DNA of 64,000 nucleotides from Eledone cirrhosa (lineage: Eukaryota), in assembly GCA_964016885.1 (NCBI GenBank), contig OZ024740.1, positions 27,838,001 through 27,902,000 of the forward strand, read 5' to 3'. The translations under genes and the position numbers were made by a program. Position 1 is the first letter of the stretch. Each line of letters starts with the position of its first letter. The notes beneath the pieces were generated by a model that saw only the letters and a list, made by a program, of their open reading frames with translations, made no database searches and was not told where the DNA came from. Of this stretch, positions 45,001-58,005 are shown one piece after another.

Positions 45001-48000
45001 AGTAAGAGCAATACCTTGTGTCTATTGGAATCAATATTACAGGTGGTAGCATATTAGTAAAAGCAATACCTTGTGTCTATTGTAATCAATATCACAGTTG
45101 GTAACATATTAGTAAGAGCAATACCTTGTGTCTATTGTAATCAATATTACAGTTGGTAACATATTAGTAAGAGCAATACCTTGTGTCTATTGTAATCAAT
45201 ATTACAGTTGGTAACATCAGTAAGAGCAATACCTTGTGTCTATTGTAATCAATATTACAGTTGGTAACATATTAGTAAGAGCAATACCTCGTGTCTGTTG
45301 TAATCAATATTACAGTTGGTAACATATAACTAAGAGCAATACCTTGTGTCTATTGTAATCAATATTACAGTTGGTAACATATTAGTAAGAGCAATACCTC
45401 GTGTCTGTTGTAATCAATATTACAGTTGGTAACATATAAGTAAGAGCAATACCTTGTGTCTATTGTAATCAATATTACAGTTGGTAACATATTAGTAAGA
45501 GCAATTCCTTGTGTCTATTGTAATCAATATTACAGTTGGTAACATATGAGTAAGAGCAATACCTTGTGTCTATTGTAATCAATATTACAGTTGGTAACAT
45601 ATTAGTAAGAGCAATACCTTGTGTCTATTGTAATCAATATTACAGTTGGTAACATATTAGTAAGAGCAATACCTTGTGTGTATTGTAATCAATATTACAG
45701 TTGGTAACATATTAGTAAGAGCAATACCTTGTGTCTATTGTAATCAATATTACAGTTGGTAACATATTAGTAAGAGCAATACCTTGTGTCTATTGTAATC
45801 AATATTACAGTTGGTAACATATTAGTAAGAGCAATACCTTGTGTCTATTGTAATCAATATTACAGTTGGTAACATATTAGTAAGAGCAATACCTTGTGTC
45901 TATTGTAATCAATATTACAGTTGGTAACATATTAGTAAGAGCAATACCTTGTGTCTATTGTAATCAATATTACAGTTGGTAACATATTAGTAAGAGCAAT
46001 ACCTCGTGTCTATTGTAATCAATATTACAGGTGGTAACATATTAGTAAGAGCAATACCTTGTGTCTATTGTAATCAATATTACAGTTGGTAACAGATTAG
46101 TAAGAGTAATACCTTGTGTCTATTGTAATCAATATCACAGTTGGTAACATATTAGTAAGAGCAATACCTTGTGTCTATGGTAATCAATATTAAGGTTGGT
46201 AACATATTAGTAAGAGCAATACCTTGTGTCTATTGTAATCAATATTACAGTTGGTAAGATATTAGTAAGAGCAATAACTTGTGTCTATTGTAATCAATAT
46301 TACAGTTGGTAAGATATTAGTAAGAGCAATAACTTGTGTCTATTGTAATCAATTTTACAGGTGGTAACATATTAGTCAGAGCAATACCTTGTGTCTATTG
46401 TAATCAATATCACAGTTGGTAACATATTAGTAAGAGCAATACCTCGTGTCTATTGTAATCAATATCACAGTTGGTAACATATTAGTAAGAGCAATACCTT
46501 GTGTCTATTGTAATCAATATTACAGTTGGTAACATATTAGTAAGAGCAATACCTCGTGTCTATTGTAATCAATATTACAGTTGGTAACATATTAGTAAGA
46601 GAAATACCTTGTGTCTATCGTAATCAATATTACAGTTGGTAACATATTAGTAAGAGCAATACCTTGTGTCTGTTGTAATCAATATTACAGTTGGTAACAC
46701 ATTAGTAAGAGCAATACCTTGTGTCTATGGTAATCAATATTTAGGTTGGTAACATATTAGTAGGAGCAATACCTTGTGTCTATTGTAATCAATATTACAG
46801 TTGGTAACATATTAGTAAGAGCAATACCTTGTGTCTATTGTAATCAATATTACAGGTGGTAACATATTAGTAAGAGCAATACCTTGTGTCTATTGTAATC
46901 AATATCACAGTTGGTAACATATTAGTAAGAGCAATACCTCGTGTCTATTGTAATCAATATCACAGTTGGTAACATATTAGTAAGAGCAATACCTTGTGTC
47001 TATTGTAATCAATATTACAGTTGGTAACATATTAGTAAGAGCAATACCTCGTGTCTGTTGTAATCAATATTACAGTTGGTAACATATAACTAAGAGCAAT
47101 ACCTTGTGTCTATTGTAATCACTATTACAGTTGGTAACATATTAGTAAGAGCAATACCTCGTGTCTGTTGTAATCAATATTACAGTTGGTAACATATAAG
47201 TAAGAGCAATACCTTGTGTCTATTGTAATCAATATTACAGTTGGTAACATATTAGTAAGAGCAATTCCTTGTGTCTATTGTAATCAATATTACAGTTGGT
47301 AACATATGAGTAAGAGCAATACCTTGTGTCTGTTGTAATCAATATTACAGTTGGTAACATATTAGTAAGAGCAATACCTTGTGTCTATTGTAATCAATAT
47401 TACAGTTTGTAACATATTAGTAAGAGCAATACCTTGTGTCTATTGTAATCAATATTACAGTTGGTAACATATTAGTAAGAGCAATACCTTGTGTCTATTG
47501 TAATCAATATTACAGTTGGTAACATATTAGTAAGAGCAATACCTTGTGTCTATTGTAATCAATATTACAGTTGGTAACATATTAGTAAGAGCAATACCTT
47601 GTGTCTATTGTAATCAATATCACAGTTGGTAACATATTAGTAAGAGCAATACCTTGTGTCTATGGTAATCAATATTAAGGTTGGTAACATATTAGTAAGA
47701 GCAATACCTCGTGTCTATTGTAATCAATATTACAGTTGGTAACATATTAGTAAGAGCAATACCTTGTGTCTATTGTAATCAATATTACAGTTGGTAACAT
47801 ATTAGTAAGAGCAATACCTCGTGTCTATTGTAATCAATATTACAGTTGGTAACATATTAGTAAGAGCAATACCTCGTGTCTATTGTAATCAATATTACAG
47901 TTGGTAACATATTAGTAAGAGCAATACCTCGTGTCAATTGTAATCAATATTACAGTTGGCAACATATTAGTAAGAGCAATACCTCGTGTCTATTGTAATC

Positions 48001-51000
48001 AATATTACAGTTGGTAACATATTAGTAAGAGCAATACCTTGTGTCTATTGAAATCAATATTACAGTTGGTAACATATTAGTAAGAGCAATACCTCGTGTC
48101 TATTGTAATCAATATTACAGTTGGTAACATATTAGTAAGAGCAATACCTCGTGTCTATTGTAATCAATATTACAGTTGGTAACATATTAGTAAGAGCAAT
48201 ACCTTGTGTCTATTGTAATCAATATTACAGTTGGTAACATATTAGTAAGAGCAATACCTTGTGTCTATTGTAATCAATATTACAGTTGGTAACATATTAG
48301 TAAGAGCAATACCTTGTGTCTATTGTAATCAATATCACAGTTGGTAAGATATTAGTAAGAGCAATACCGTGTGTCTATTGTAATCAATATTACAGTTGGT
48401 AACATATTAGTAAGAGCATTACCTTGTGTCTATTGTAATCAATATTACAGTTGGTAACATATTAGTAAGAGCAATACCTTGTGTCTATTGTAATCAATAT
48501 TACAGTTGGTAACATATTAGTAAGAGCAATACCTTGCGTCTATTGTAATCAATATTACAGTTGGTAACATATCAGTAAGAGCAATACCTTGTGTCTTTTG
48601 TAATCAATATCACAGTTGGTAACATATTAGTAAGAGCAATACCTTGTGTCTATTGTAATCAATATTACAGGTGGTAGCATATTAGTAAAAGCAATACCTT
48701 GTGCCTATTGTAATCAATATTATAGTTGGTAACATATTAGTAAGAGCAATACCTTGTGTCTATTGTAATCAATATTACAGGTGGTAGCATATTAGTAAAA
48801 GCAATACCATGTGTCTATTGTAATCAACATCACAGTTGGTAACATATTAGTAAGAGCAATACCTTGTGTCTATTGGAATCAATATTACAGGTGGTAGCAT
48901 ATTAGTAAAAGCAATACCTTGTGTCTATTGTAATCAATATCACAGTTGGTAACATATTAGTAAGAGCAATACCTTGTGTCTATTGTAATCAATATTACAG
49001 TTGGTAACATATTAGTAAGAGCAATACCTTGTGTCTATTGTAATCAATATTACAGTTGGTAACATCAGTAAGAGCAATACCTTGTGTCTATTGTAATCAA
49101 TATTACAGTTAGTAACATATTAGTAAGAGCAATACCTCGTGTCTGTTGTAATCAATATTACAGTTGGTAACATATAACTAAGAGCAATACCTTGTGTCTA
49201 TTGTAATCAATATTACAGTTGGTAACATATTAGTAAGAGCAATACCTCGTGTCTGTTGTAATCAATATTACAGTTGGTAACATATAAGTAAGAGCAATAC
49301 CTTGTGTCTATTGTAATCAATATTACAGTTGGTAACATATTAGTAAGAGCAATTCCTTGTGTCTATTGTAATCAATATTACAGTTGGTAACATATGAGTA
49401 AGAGCAATACCTTGTGTCTATTGTAATCAATATTACATTTGGTAACATATTAGTAAGAGCAATACCTTGTGTCTATTGTAATCAATATTACAGTTGGTAA
49501 CATATTAGTAAGAGCAATACCTTGTGTGTATTGTAATCAATATTACAGTTGGTAACATATTAGTAAGAGCAATACCTTGTGTCTATTGTAATCAATATTA
49601 CAGTTGGTAACATATTAGTAAGAGCAATACCTTGTGTCTATTGTAATCAATATTACAGTTGGTAACATATTAGTAAGAGCAATACCTTGTGTCTATTGTA
49701 ATCAATATTACAGTTGGTAACATATTAGTAAGAGCAATACCTTGTGTCTATTGTAATCAATATTACAGTTGGTAACATATTAGTAAGAGCAATACCTTGT
49801 GTCTATTGTAATCAATATTACAGTTGGTAACATATTAGTAAGAGCAATACCTCGTGTCTATTGTAATCAATATTACAGGTGGTAACATATTAGTAAGAGC
49901 AATACCTTGTGTCTATTGTAATCAATATTACAGTTGGTAACAGATTAGTAAGAGTAATACCTTGTGTCTATTGTAATCAATATCACAGTTGGTAACATAT
50001 TAGTAAGAGCAATACCTTGTGTCTATGGTAATCAATATTAAGGTTGGTAACATATTAGTAAGAGCAATACCTTGTGTCTATTGTAATCAATATTACAGTT
50101 GGTAACATATTAGTAAGAGCAATACCTTGTGTCTATTGTAATCAATTTTACAGGTGGTAACATATTAGTCAGAGCAATACCTTGTGTCTATTGTAATCAA
50201 TATCACAGTTGGTAACATATTAGTAAGAGCAATACCTCGTGTCTATTGTAATCAATATCACAGTTGGTAACATATTAGTAAGAGCAATACCTTGTGTCTA
50301 TTGTAATCAATATTACAGTTGGTAACATATTAGTAAGAGCAATACCTTGTGTCTATCGTAATCAATATTACAGTTGGTGACATATTAGTAAGAGCAATAC
50401 CTCGTGTCTATTGTAATCAATATTACAGTTGGTAACATATTAGTAACAGCAATACCTCGTGTCTAATGTAATCAATATTACAGTTGGTAACATATTAGTA
50501 AGAGCAATACCTTGTGTCTGTTGTAATCAATATTACAGTTGGTAACACATTAGTAAGAGCAATACCTTGTGTCTATGGTAATCAATATTAAGGTTGGTAA
50601 CATATTAGTAGGAGCAATACCTTGTGTCTATTGTAATCAATATTACAGTTGGTAACATATTAGTAAGAGCAATACCTTGTGTCTATTGTAATCAATATTA
50701 CAGGTGGTAACATATTAGTAAGAGCAATACCTTGTGTCTATTGTAATCAATATCACAGTTGGTAACATATTAGTAAGAGCAATACCTCGTGTCTATTGTA
50801 ATCAATATTACAGTTGGTAACATATTAGTAAGAGCAATACCTTGTGTCTATTGTAATCAATATTACAGTTGGTAACATATGACTAAGAGCAATACCTTGT
50901 GTCTGTTGTAATCAATATTACAGTTGGTAACATATTAGTAAGAGCTATACCTCGTGTCTGTTGTAATCAATATTACAGTTGGTAACATATAAGTAAGAGC

Positions 51001-54000
51001 AATACCTCGTGTCTATTGTAATCAATATTACAGTTGGTAACATATTAGTAAGAGCAATTCCTTGTGTCTATTGTAATCAATATTACAGTTGGTAACATAT
51101 GAGTAAGAGCAATACCTTGTGTCTGTTGTAATCAATATTACAGTTGGTAACATATGAGTAAGAGCAATACCTTGTGTCTGTTGTAATCAATATTACAGTT
51201 GGTAACATATTAGTAAGAGCAATACCTTGTGTCTATTGTAATCAATATTACAGTTGGTAACATATTAGTAAGAGCAATACCTTGTGTCTATTGTAATCAA
51301 TATTACAGTTGGTAACATATTAGTAAGAGCAATACCTTGTGTCTATTGTAATCAATATTACAGTTGGTAACATATTAGTAAGAGCAATACCTTGTGTCTA
51401 TTGTAATCAATATCACAGTTGGTAACATATTAGTAAGAGCAATACCTTGTGTCTATGGTAATCAATATTAAGGTTGGTAACATATTAGTAAGAGCAATAC
51501 CTCGTGTCTATTGTAATCAATATTACAGTTGGTAACATATTAGTAAGAGCAATACCTTGTGTCTATTGTAATCAATATTACAGTTGGTAACATATTAGTA
51601 AGAGCAATACCTCGTGTCTATTGTAATCAATATTACAGTTGGTAACATATTAGTAAGAGCAATACCTCGTGTCAATTGTAATCAATATTACAGTTGGTAA
51701 CATATTAGTAAGAGCAATACCTCGTGTCTATTGTAATCAATATTACAGTTGGTAACATATTAGTAAGAGCAATACCTTGTGTCTATTGAAATCAATATTA
51801 CAGTTGGTAACATATTAGTAAGAGCAATACCTCGTGTCTATTGTAATCAATATTACAGTTGGTAACATATTAGTAAGAGCAATACCTCGTGTCTATTGTA
51901 ATCAATATTACAGTTGGTAACATATTAGTAAGAGCAATACCTTGTGTCTATTGTAATCAATATTACAGTTGGTAACATATTAGTAAGAGCAATACCTTGT
52001 GTCTATTGTAATAGATATTACAGTTGGTAACATATTAGTAAGAGCAATACCTTGTGTCTATTGTAATCAATATTACAGTTGGTAACATATTAGTAAGAGC
52101 AATACCTTGTGTCTATTGTAATCAATATCACAGTTGGTAACATATTAGTAAGAGCAATACCTTGTGTCTATGGTAATCAATATTAAGGTTGGTAACATAT
52201 TAGTAAGAGCAATACCTCGTGTCTATTGTAATCAATATTACAGTTGGTAACATATTAGTAAGAGCAATACCTTGTGTCTATTGTAATCAATATTACAGTT
52301 GGTAACATATTAGTAAGAGCAATACCTCGTGTCTATTGTAATCAATATTACAGTTGGTAACATATTAGTAAGAGCAATACCTCGTGTCTATTGTAATCAA
52401 TATTACAGTTGGTAACATATTAGTAAGAGCAATACCTTGTGTCTATTGAAATCAATATTACAGTTGGTAACATATTAGTTAGAGCAATACCTCGTGTCTA
52501 TTGTAATCAATATTACAGTTGGTAACATATTAGTAAGAGCAATACCTTGTGTCTATTGTAATCAATATCAAAGTTGGTAACATATTAGTAAGAGCATTAC
52601 CTTGTGTCTATTGTAATCAATATCACATTTGGTAACATATTAGTAAGAGCAATACCTTGTGTCCATTGTAATCAATATCACAGTTGGTAACATATTAGTA
52701 AGAGCAATACCTTGTGTCTATTGTAATCAATATCACAGTTGGTAACATATTAGTAAGAGCATTACCTTGTGTCTATTGTAATCAATATCACATTTGGTAA
52801 CATATTAGTAAGAGCATTACCTTGTGTCTATTGTAATCAATATCACAGTTGGTAACATATTAGTAAGAGCAATACCTTGTGTCTATTGTAATCAATATTA
52901 CAGTTGGTAACATATTACTAAGAGCAATACTTTGTGTCTATTGTAATCAATATTACAGTTGGTAACACATTAGTAAGAGCAATACCTTGTGTCTATGGTA
53001 ATCAATATTACAGTTGGTAACACATTAGTAAGAGCAATATATTGTGTCTATCGTAACCAATATTACAGTTGGTAACATATTAGTAAGAGCAAAACCTTGT
53101 GTCTATTGTAATCAATATTACAGTTGGTAACACATTAGTAAGAGCAATATATTGTGTCTATCGTAATCAATATTACAGTTGGTAACATATTAGTAAGAGC
53201 GTTAACTTGTGTCTATTGTAATCAATATTACAGTTGGTAACATATTAGTAAGAGCAATATATTGTGTCTATTGTAATCAATATTACAGTTGGTAACATAT
53301 TAGTAAGAGCATTACCTTGTGTCTATTGTAATCAATATTATAGTTGGTAACACATTAGTAAGAGCAATACCTTGTGTCTATCGTAATCAATATTACAGTT
53401 GGTAACATATTAGTAAGAGCGTTAACTTGTGTCTATTGTAATCAATATTACAGTTGGTAACATATTAGTAAGAGCAATACCTTGTGTCTATTGTAATCAA
53501 TTTTACAGGTGGTAACATATTAGTCAGAGCAATACCTTGTGTCTATTGTAATCAATATCACAGTTGGTAACATATTAGTAAGAGCAATACCTCGTGTCTA
53601 TTGTAATCAATATCACAGTTGGTAACATATTAGTAAGAGCAATACCTTGTGTCTATTGTAATCAATATTACAGTTGGTAACATATTAGTAAGAGCAATAC
53701 CTTGTGTCTATCGTAATCAATATTACAGTTGGTGACATATTAGTAAGAGCAATACCTCGTGTCTATTGTAATCAATATTACAGTTGGTAACATATTAGTA
53801 ACAGCAATACCTCGTGTCTAATGTAATCAATATTACAGTTGGTAACATATTAGTAAGAGCAATACCTTGTGTCTGTTGTAATCAATATTACAGTTGGTAA
53901 CACATTAGTAAGAGCAATACCTTGTGTCTATGGTAATCAATATTAAGGTTGGTAACATATTAGTAGGAGCAATACCTTGTGTCTATTGTAATCAATATTA

Positions 54001-57000
54001 CAGTTGGTAACATATTAGTAAGAGCAATACCTTGTGTCTATTGTAATCAATATTACAGGTGGTAACATATTAGTAAGAGCAATACCTTGTGTCTATTGTA
54101 ATCAATATCACAGTTGGTAACATATTAGTAAGAGCAATACCTCGTGTCTATTGTAATCAAAATCACAGTTGGTAACATATTAGTAAGAGCAATACCTTGT
54201 GTCTATTGTAATCAATATTACAGTTGGTAACATATTAGTAAGAGCAATACCTCGTGTCTGTTGTAATCAATATTACAGTTGGTAACATATGACTAAGAGC
54301 AATACCTTGTGTCTATTGTAATCAATATTACAGTTGGTAACATATTAGTAAGAGCTATACCTCGTGTCTGTTGTAATCAATATTACAGTTGGTAACATAT
54401 AAGTAAGAGCAATACCTTGTGTCTATTGTAATCAATATTACAGTTGGTAACATATTAGTAAGAGCAATTCCTTGTGTCTATTGTAATCAATATTACAGTT
54501 GGTAACATATGAGTAAGAGCAATACCTTGTGTCTGTTGTAATCAATATTACAGTTGGTAACATATTAGTAAGAGCAATACCTTGTGTCTATTGTAATCAA
54601 TATTACAGTTGGTAACATATTAGTAAGAGCAATACCTTGTGTCTATTGTAATCAATATTACAGTTGGTAACATATTAGTAAGAGCAATACCTTGTGTCTA
54701 TTGTAATCAATATTACAGTTGGTAACATATTAGTAAGAGCAATACCTTGTGTCTATTGTAATCAATATCACAGTTGGTAACATATTAGTAAGAGCAATAC
54801 CTTGTGTCTATGGTAATCAATATTAAGGTTGGTAACATATTAGTAAGAGCAATACCTCGTGTCTATTGTAATCAATATTACAGTTGGTAACATATTAGTA
54901 AGAGCAATACCTTGTGTCTATTGTAATCAATATTACAGTTGGTAACATATTAGTAAGAGCAATACCTCGTGTCTATTGTAATCAATATTACAGTTGGTAA
55001 CATATTAGTAAGAGCAATACCTCGTGTCAATTGTAATCAATATTACAGTTGGTAACATATTAGTAAGAGCAATACCTCGTGTCTATTGTAATCAATATTA
55101 CAGTTGGTAACATATTAGTAAGAGCAATACCTTGTGTCTATTGAAATCAATATTACAGTTGGTAACATATTAGTAAGAGCAATACCTCGTGTCTATTGTA
55201 ATCAATATTACAGTTGGTAACATATTAGTAAGAGCAATACCTCGTGTCTATTGTAATCAATATTACAGTTGGTAACATATTAGTAAGAGCAATACCTTGT
55301 GTCTATTGTAATCAATATTACAGTTGGTAACATATTAGTAAGAGCAATACCTTGTGTCTATTGTAATAGATATTACAGTTGGTAACATATTAGTAAGAGC
55401 AATACCTTGTGTCTATTGTAATCAATATTACAGTTGGTAACATATTAGTAAGAGCAATACCTTGTGTCTATTGTAATCAATATCACAGTTGGTAACATAT
55501 TAGTAAGAGCAATACCTTGTGTCTATGGTAATCAATATTAAGGTTGGTAACATATTAGTAAGAGCAATACCTCGTGTCTATTGTAATCAATATTACAGTT
55601 GGTAACATATTAGTAAGAGCAATACCTTGTGTCTATTGTAATCAATATTACAGTTGGTAACATATTAGTAAGAGCAATACCTCGTGTCTATTGTAATCAA
55701 TATTACAGTTGGTAACATATTAGTAAGAGCAATACCTCGTGTCAATTGTAATCAATATTACAGTTGGTAACATATTAGTAAGAGCAATACCTCGTGTCTA
55801 TTGTAATCAATATTACAGTTGGTAACATATTAGTAAGAGCAATACCTTGTGTCTATTGAAATCAATATTACAGTTGGTAACATATTAGTTAGAGCAATAC
55901 CTCGTGTCTATTGTAATCAATATTACAGTTGGTAACATATTAGTAAGAGCAATACCTTGTGTCTATTGTAATCAATATCAAAGTTGGTAACATATTAGTA
56001 AGAGCATTACCTTGTGTCTATTGTAATCAATATCACATTTGGTAACATATTAGTAAGAGCAATACCTTGTGTCCATTGTAATCAATATCACAGTTGGTAA
56101 CATATTAGTAAGAGCAATACCTTGTGTCTATTGTAATCAATATCACAGTTGGTAACATATTAGTAAGAGCATTACCTTGTGTCTATTGTAATCAATATCA
56201 CATTTGGTAACATATTAGTAAGAGCATTACCTTGTGTCTATTGTAATCAATATCACAGTTGGTAACATATTAGTAAGAGCAATACCTTGTGTCTATTGTA
56301 ATCAATATTACAGTTGGTAACATATTACTAAGAGCAATACTTTGTGTCTATTGTAATCAATATTACAGTTGGTAACACATTAGTAAGAGCAATACCTTGT
56401 GTCTATGGTAATCAATATTACAGTTGGTAACACATTAGTAAGAGCAATATATTGTGTCTATCGTAACCAATATTACAGTTGGTAACATATTAGTAAGAGC
56501 AAAACCTTGTGTCTATTGTAATCAATATTACAGTTGGTAACACATTAGTAAGAGCAATATATTGTGTCTATCGTAATCAATATTACAGTTGGTAACATAT
56601 TAGTAAGAGCGTTAACTTGTGTCTATTGTAATCAATATTACAGTTGGTAACATATTAGTAAGAGCAATATATTGTGTCTATTGTAATCAATATTACAGTT
56701 GGTAACATATTAGTAAGAGCATTACCTTGTGTCTATTGTAATCAATATTATAGTTGGTAACACATTAGTAAGAGCAATACCTTGTGTCTATCGTAATCAA
56801 TATTACAGTTGGTAACATATTAGTAAGAGCGTTAACTTGTGTCTATTGTAATCAATATTACAGTTGGTAACATATTAGTAAGAGCGTTAACTTGTGTCTA
56901 TTGTAATCAATATTACAGTTGGTAACATATTAGTAAGAGCAATATATTGTGTCTATTGTAATCAATATTACAGTTGGTAACATATTAGTAAGAGCATTAC

Positions 57001-57074
57001 CTTGTGTCTATTGTTAGCAATATTACAGTTGGTAACATATTAGTAAGAGCAATACCTTGTGTCTATTGCAATCA
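1..57074. repeat. 55-bp tandem satellite array (~1,040 monomers, continues beyond left window edge)
   Basis: Consensus TACAGTTGGTAACATATTAGTAAGAGCAATACCTTGTGTCTATTGTAATCAATAT (55 nt, 16 G+C) repeats head-to-tail with mostly 0-3 substitutions per unit. Rare indels: +CCT, -1, -2 and -11 nt. Homology ends at ...GTCTATTGCAATCA (57074). Confidence 0.99.
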
Positions 57075-57102
57075 CTGTTGCATCTACACCGACAGTGGAA
57101 TG
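57056..57102 (-). other. Candidate 47-nt internal exon overlapping the last satellite monomer
   Basis: Minus strand reads cacacctgtttctgccttttgcag|CATTCCACTGTCGGTGTAGATGCAACAGTGATTGCAATAGACACAAG|gtattg: polypyrimidine tract with AG acceptor and an AAG|GT donor. Two frames are open (HSTVGVDATVIAIDT or FHCRCRCNSDCNRHK). No transcript evidence available. Confidence 0.35.
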
Positions 57103-57162
57103 CTGCAAAAGGCAGAAACAGGTGTGATGTACTTTATAATCTTTATTTACGTTATATTTTTT

Positions 57163-57315
57163 GCGGTGGCTTGGCAGTATTGGTAGAGGGTCGGATGCCA
57201 TGCTTTGACACATTGAGTTACAGCCCTTGCCATTCTGAGTTCTAATCCCGTCGAGGTTAACTTTGCTTTCATCCTTACAGGGTCGATAAAATAAAGTACC
57301 AGTAATACACTGGGT
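57163..57315 (+). mobile_element. Decayed tRNA-derived SINE (octopus-type)
   Basis: A-box-like TGGCAGTATTGG (57172) and B-box-like GTTCTAATCC (57239-57248), then CGAGGTTAACTTTGCTTTCATCCTTACAGGGTCGATAAAATAAAGTACCAGT. Homologous to the minus-strand copy at 57523-57633; family recognised from memory only. Confidence 0.7.
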
Positions 57316-57522
57316 AATTGCTGGCCTTGTGCCAAAAGTAGAAACAATTATATTTTTTTCTTTTTTCTCCTCAGGATCAATATAACTTACATTTCTGTAA
57401 TGATGTCGATTTACAAATATACTTTCTACTTTCACAACAAATTTGCCGTCTTTGACCACAATCATCAGAAATAAGTGTTTCTGATTTAGGCACAAGGCCA
57501 ACAATGTTGAAGGGGCTGCGGG

Positions 57523-57633
57523 AAGTCGATTATATCGACCTCAATACGTTACTGGTGCTTTGTTTTATCGATTCCGTAAAGATAAAAATGTCAAAGCTAA
57601 CCTCAGCGGAATTTGAACTCCGAACGTAGAGCC
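57523..57633 (-). mobile_element. Decayed SINE fragment, same family as 57163-57315, opposite orientation
   Basis: Reverse complement reads GTTCGGAGTTCAAATTCCGCTGAGGTTAGCTTTGACA...ATCGATAAAACAAAGCACCAGTAACGTATTGAGGTCGATATAATCGACTT and aligns by eye to the B-box/core of the upstream copy. Confidence 0.7.
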
Positions 57634-57774
57634 GTACCTCTATGTTACTTAACATGTTGTCCACCATTCTTATCAGAAATAATAATGATGTTGTTGATGT
57701 GATTGCTGTGGTGAGAAACGAACCACCAAACATGGTCTCTCTTTGTTCCTAATTATTACTGTTGTTTAGTTCAT

Positions 57775-57935
57775 ACATTTATTCTTTTACTGGTTTCATA
57801 CATTGAACTGCGACCAGGCTGGGGCTTCACAGGGAAAATGTTTGATCATATCGTCAAAAGTACTTATATTTTCAAGTTTGGTAATTATCTAATCGATCTC
57901 TATTTGTCGAGCTGGTACGTTACAGAGCATAAACA
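57775..57935 (-). mobile_element. Decayed fragment of a second SINE-like interspersed repeat
   Basis: TTCTTTTACTGGTTTCATACATTGAACTGCGACCAGGCTGGGGC...ATCGATCTCTATTTGTCGAGCTGGTACGTTAC resembles, from memory, the reverse complement of a common octopus SINE 3' half. Heavily diverged. Confidence 0.5.
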
Positions 57936-57958
57936 AAGAAGATAGGCGCAGACACTCG

Positions 57959-58005
57959 CACACACACACACACACTCATGTATGTATGTATATTTATATA
58001 TTTAT
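57959..58005. repeat. Compound microsatellite (CA)n/(TATG)n/TA-rich
   Basis: Directly visible. Confidence 0.9.

Noticed and set aside
1-57074. CRISPR array or coding tandem repeat
   Set aside because: Monomers abut with no unique spacers and there are no cas genes; 55 is not a multiple of 3 and stop codons prevent any long ORF.
57163-57250. tRNA gene
   Set aside because: A/B-box-like motifs are present but there is no cloverleaf, and the sequence continues into a SINE body.
57040-57733. ORFs of 60-154 aa next to the array
   Set aside because: They run through SINE remnants and low-complexity DNA, several have non-ATG starts, and none shows a recognisable domain; only the 47-nt candidate exon is retained.
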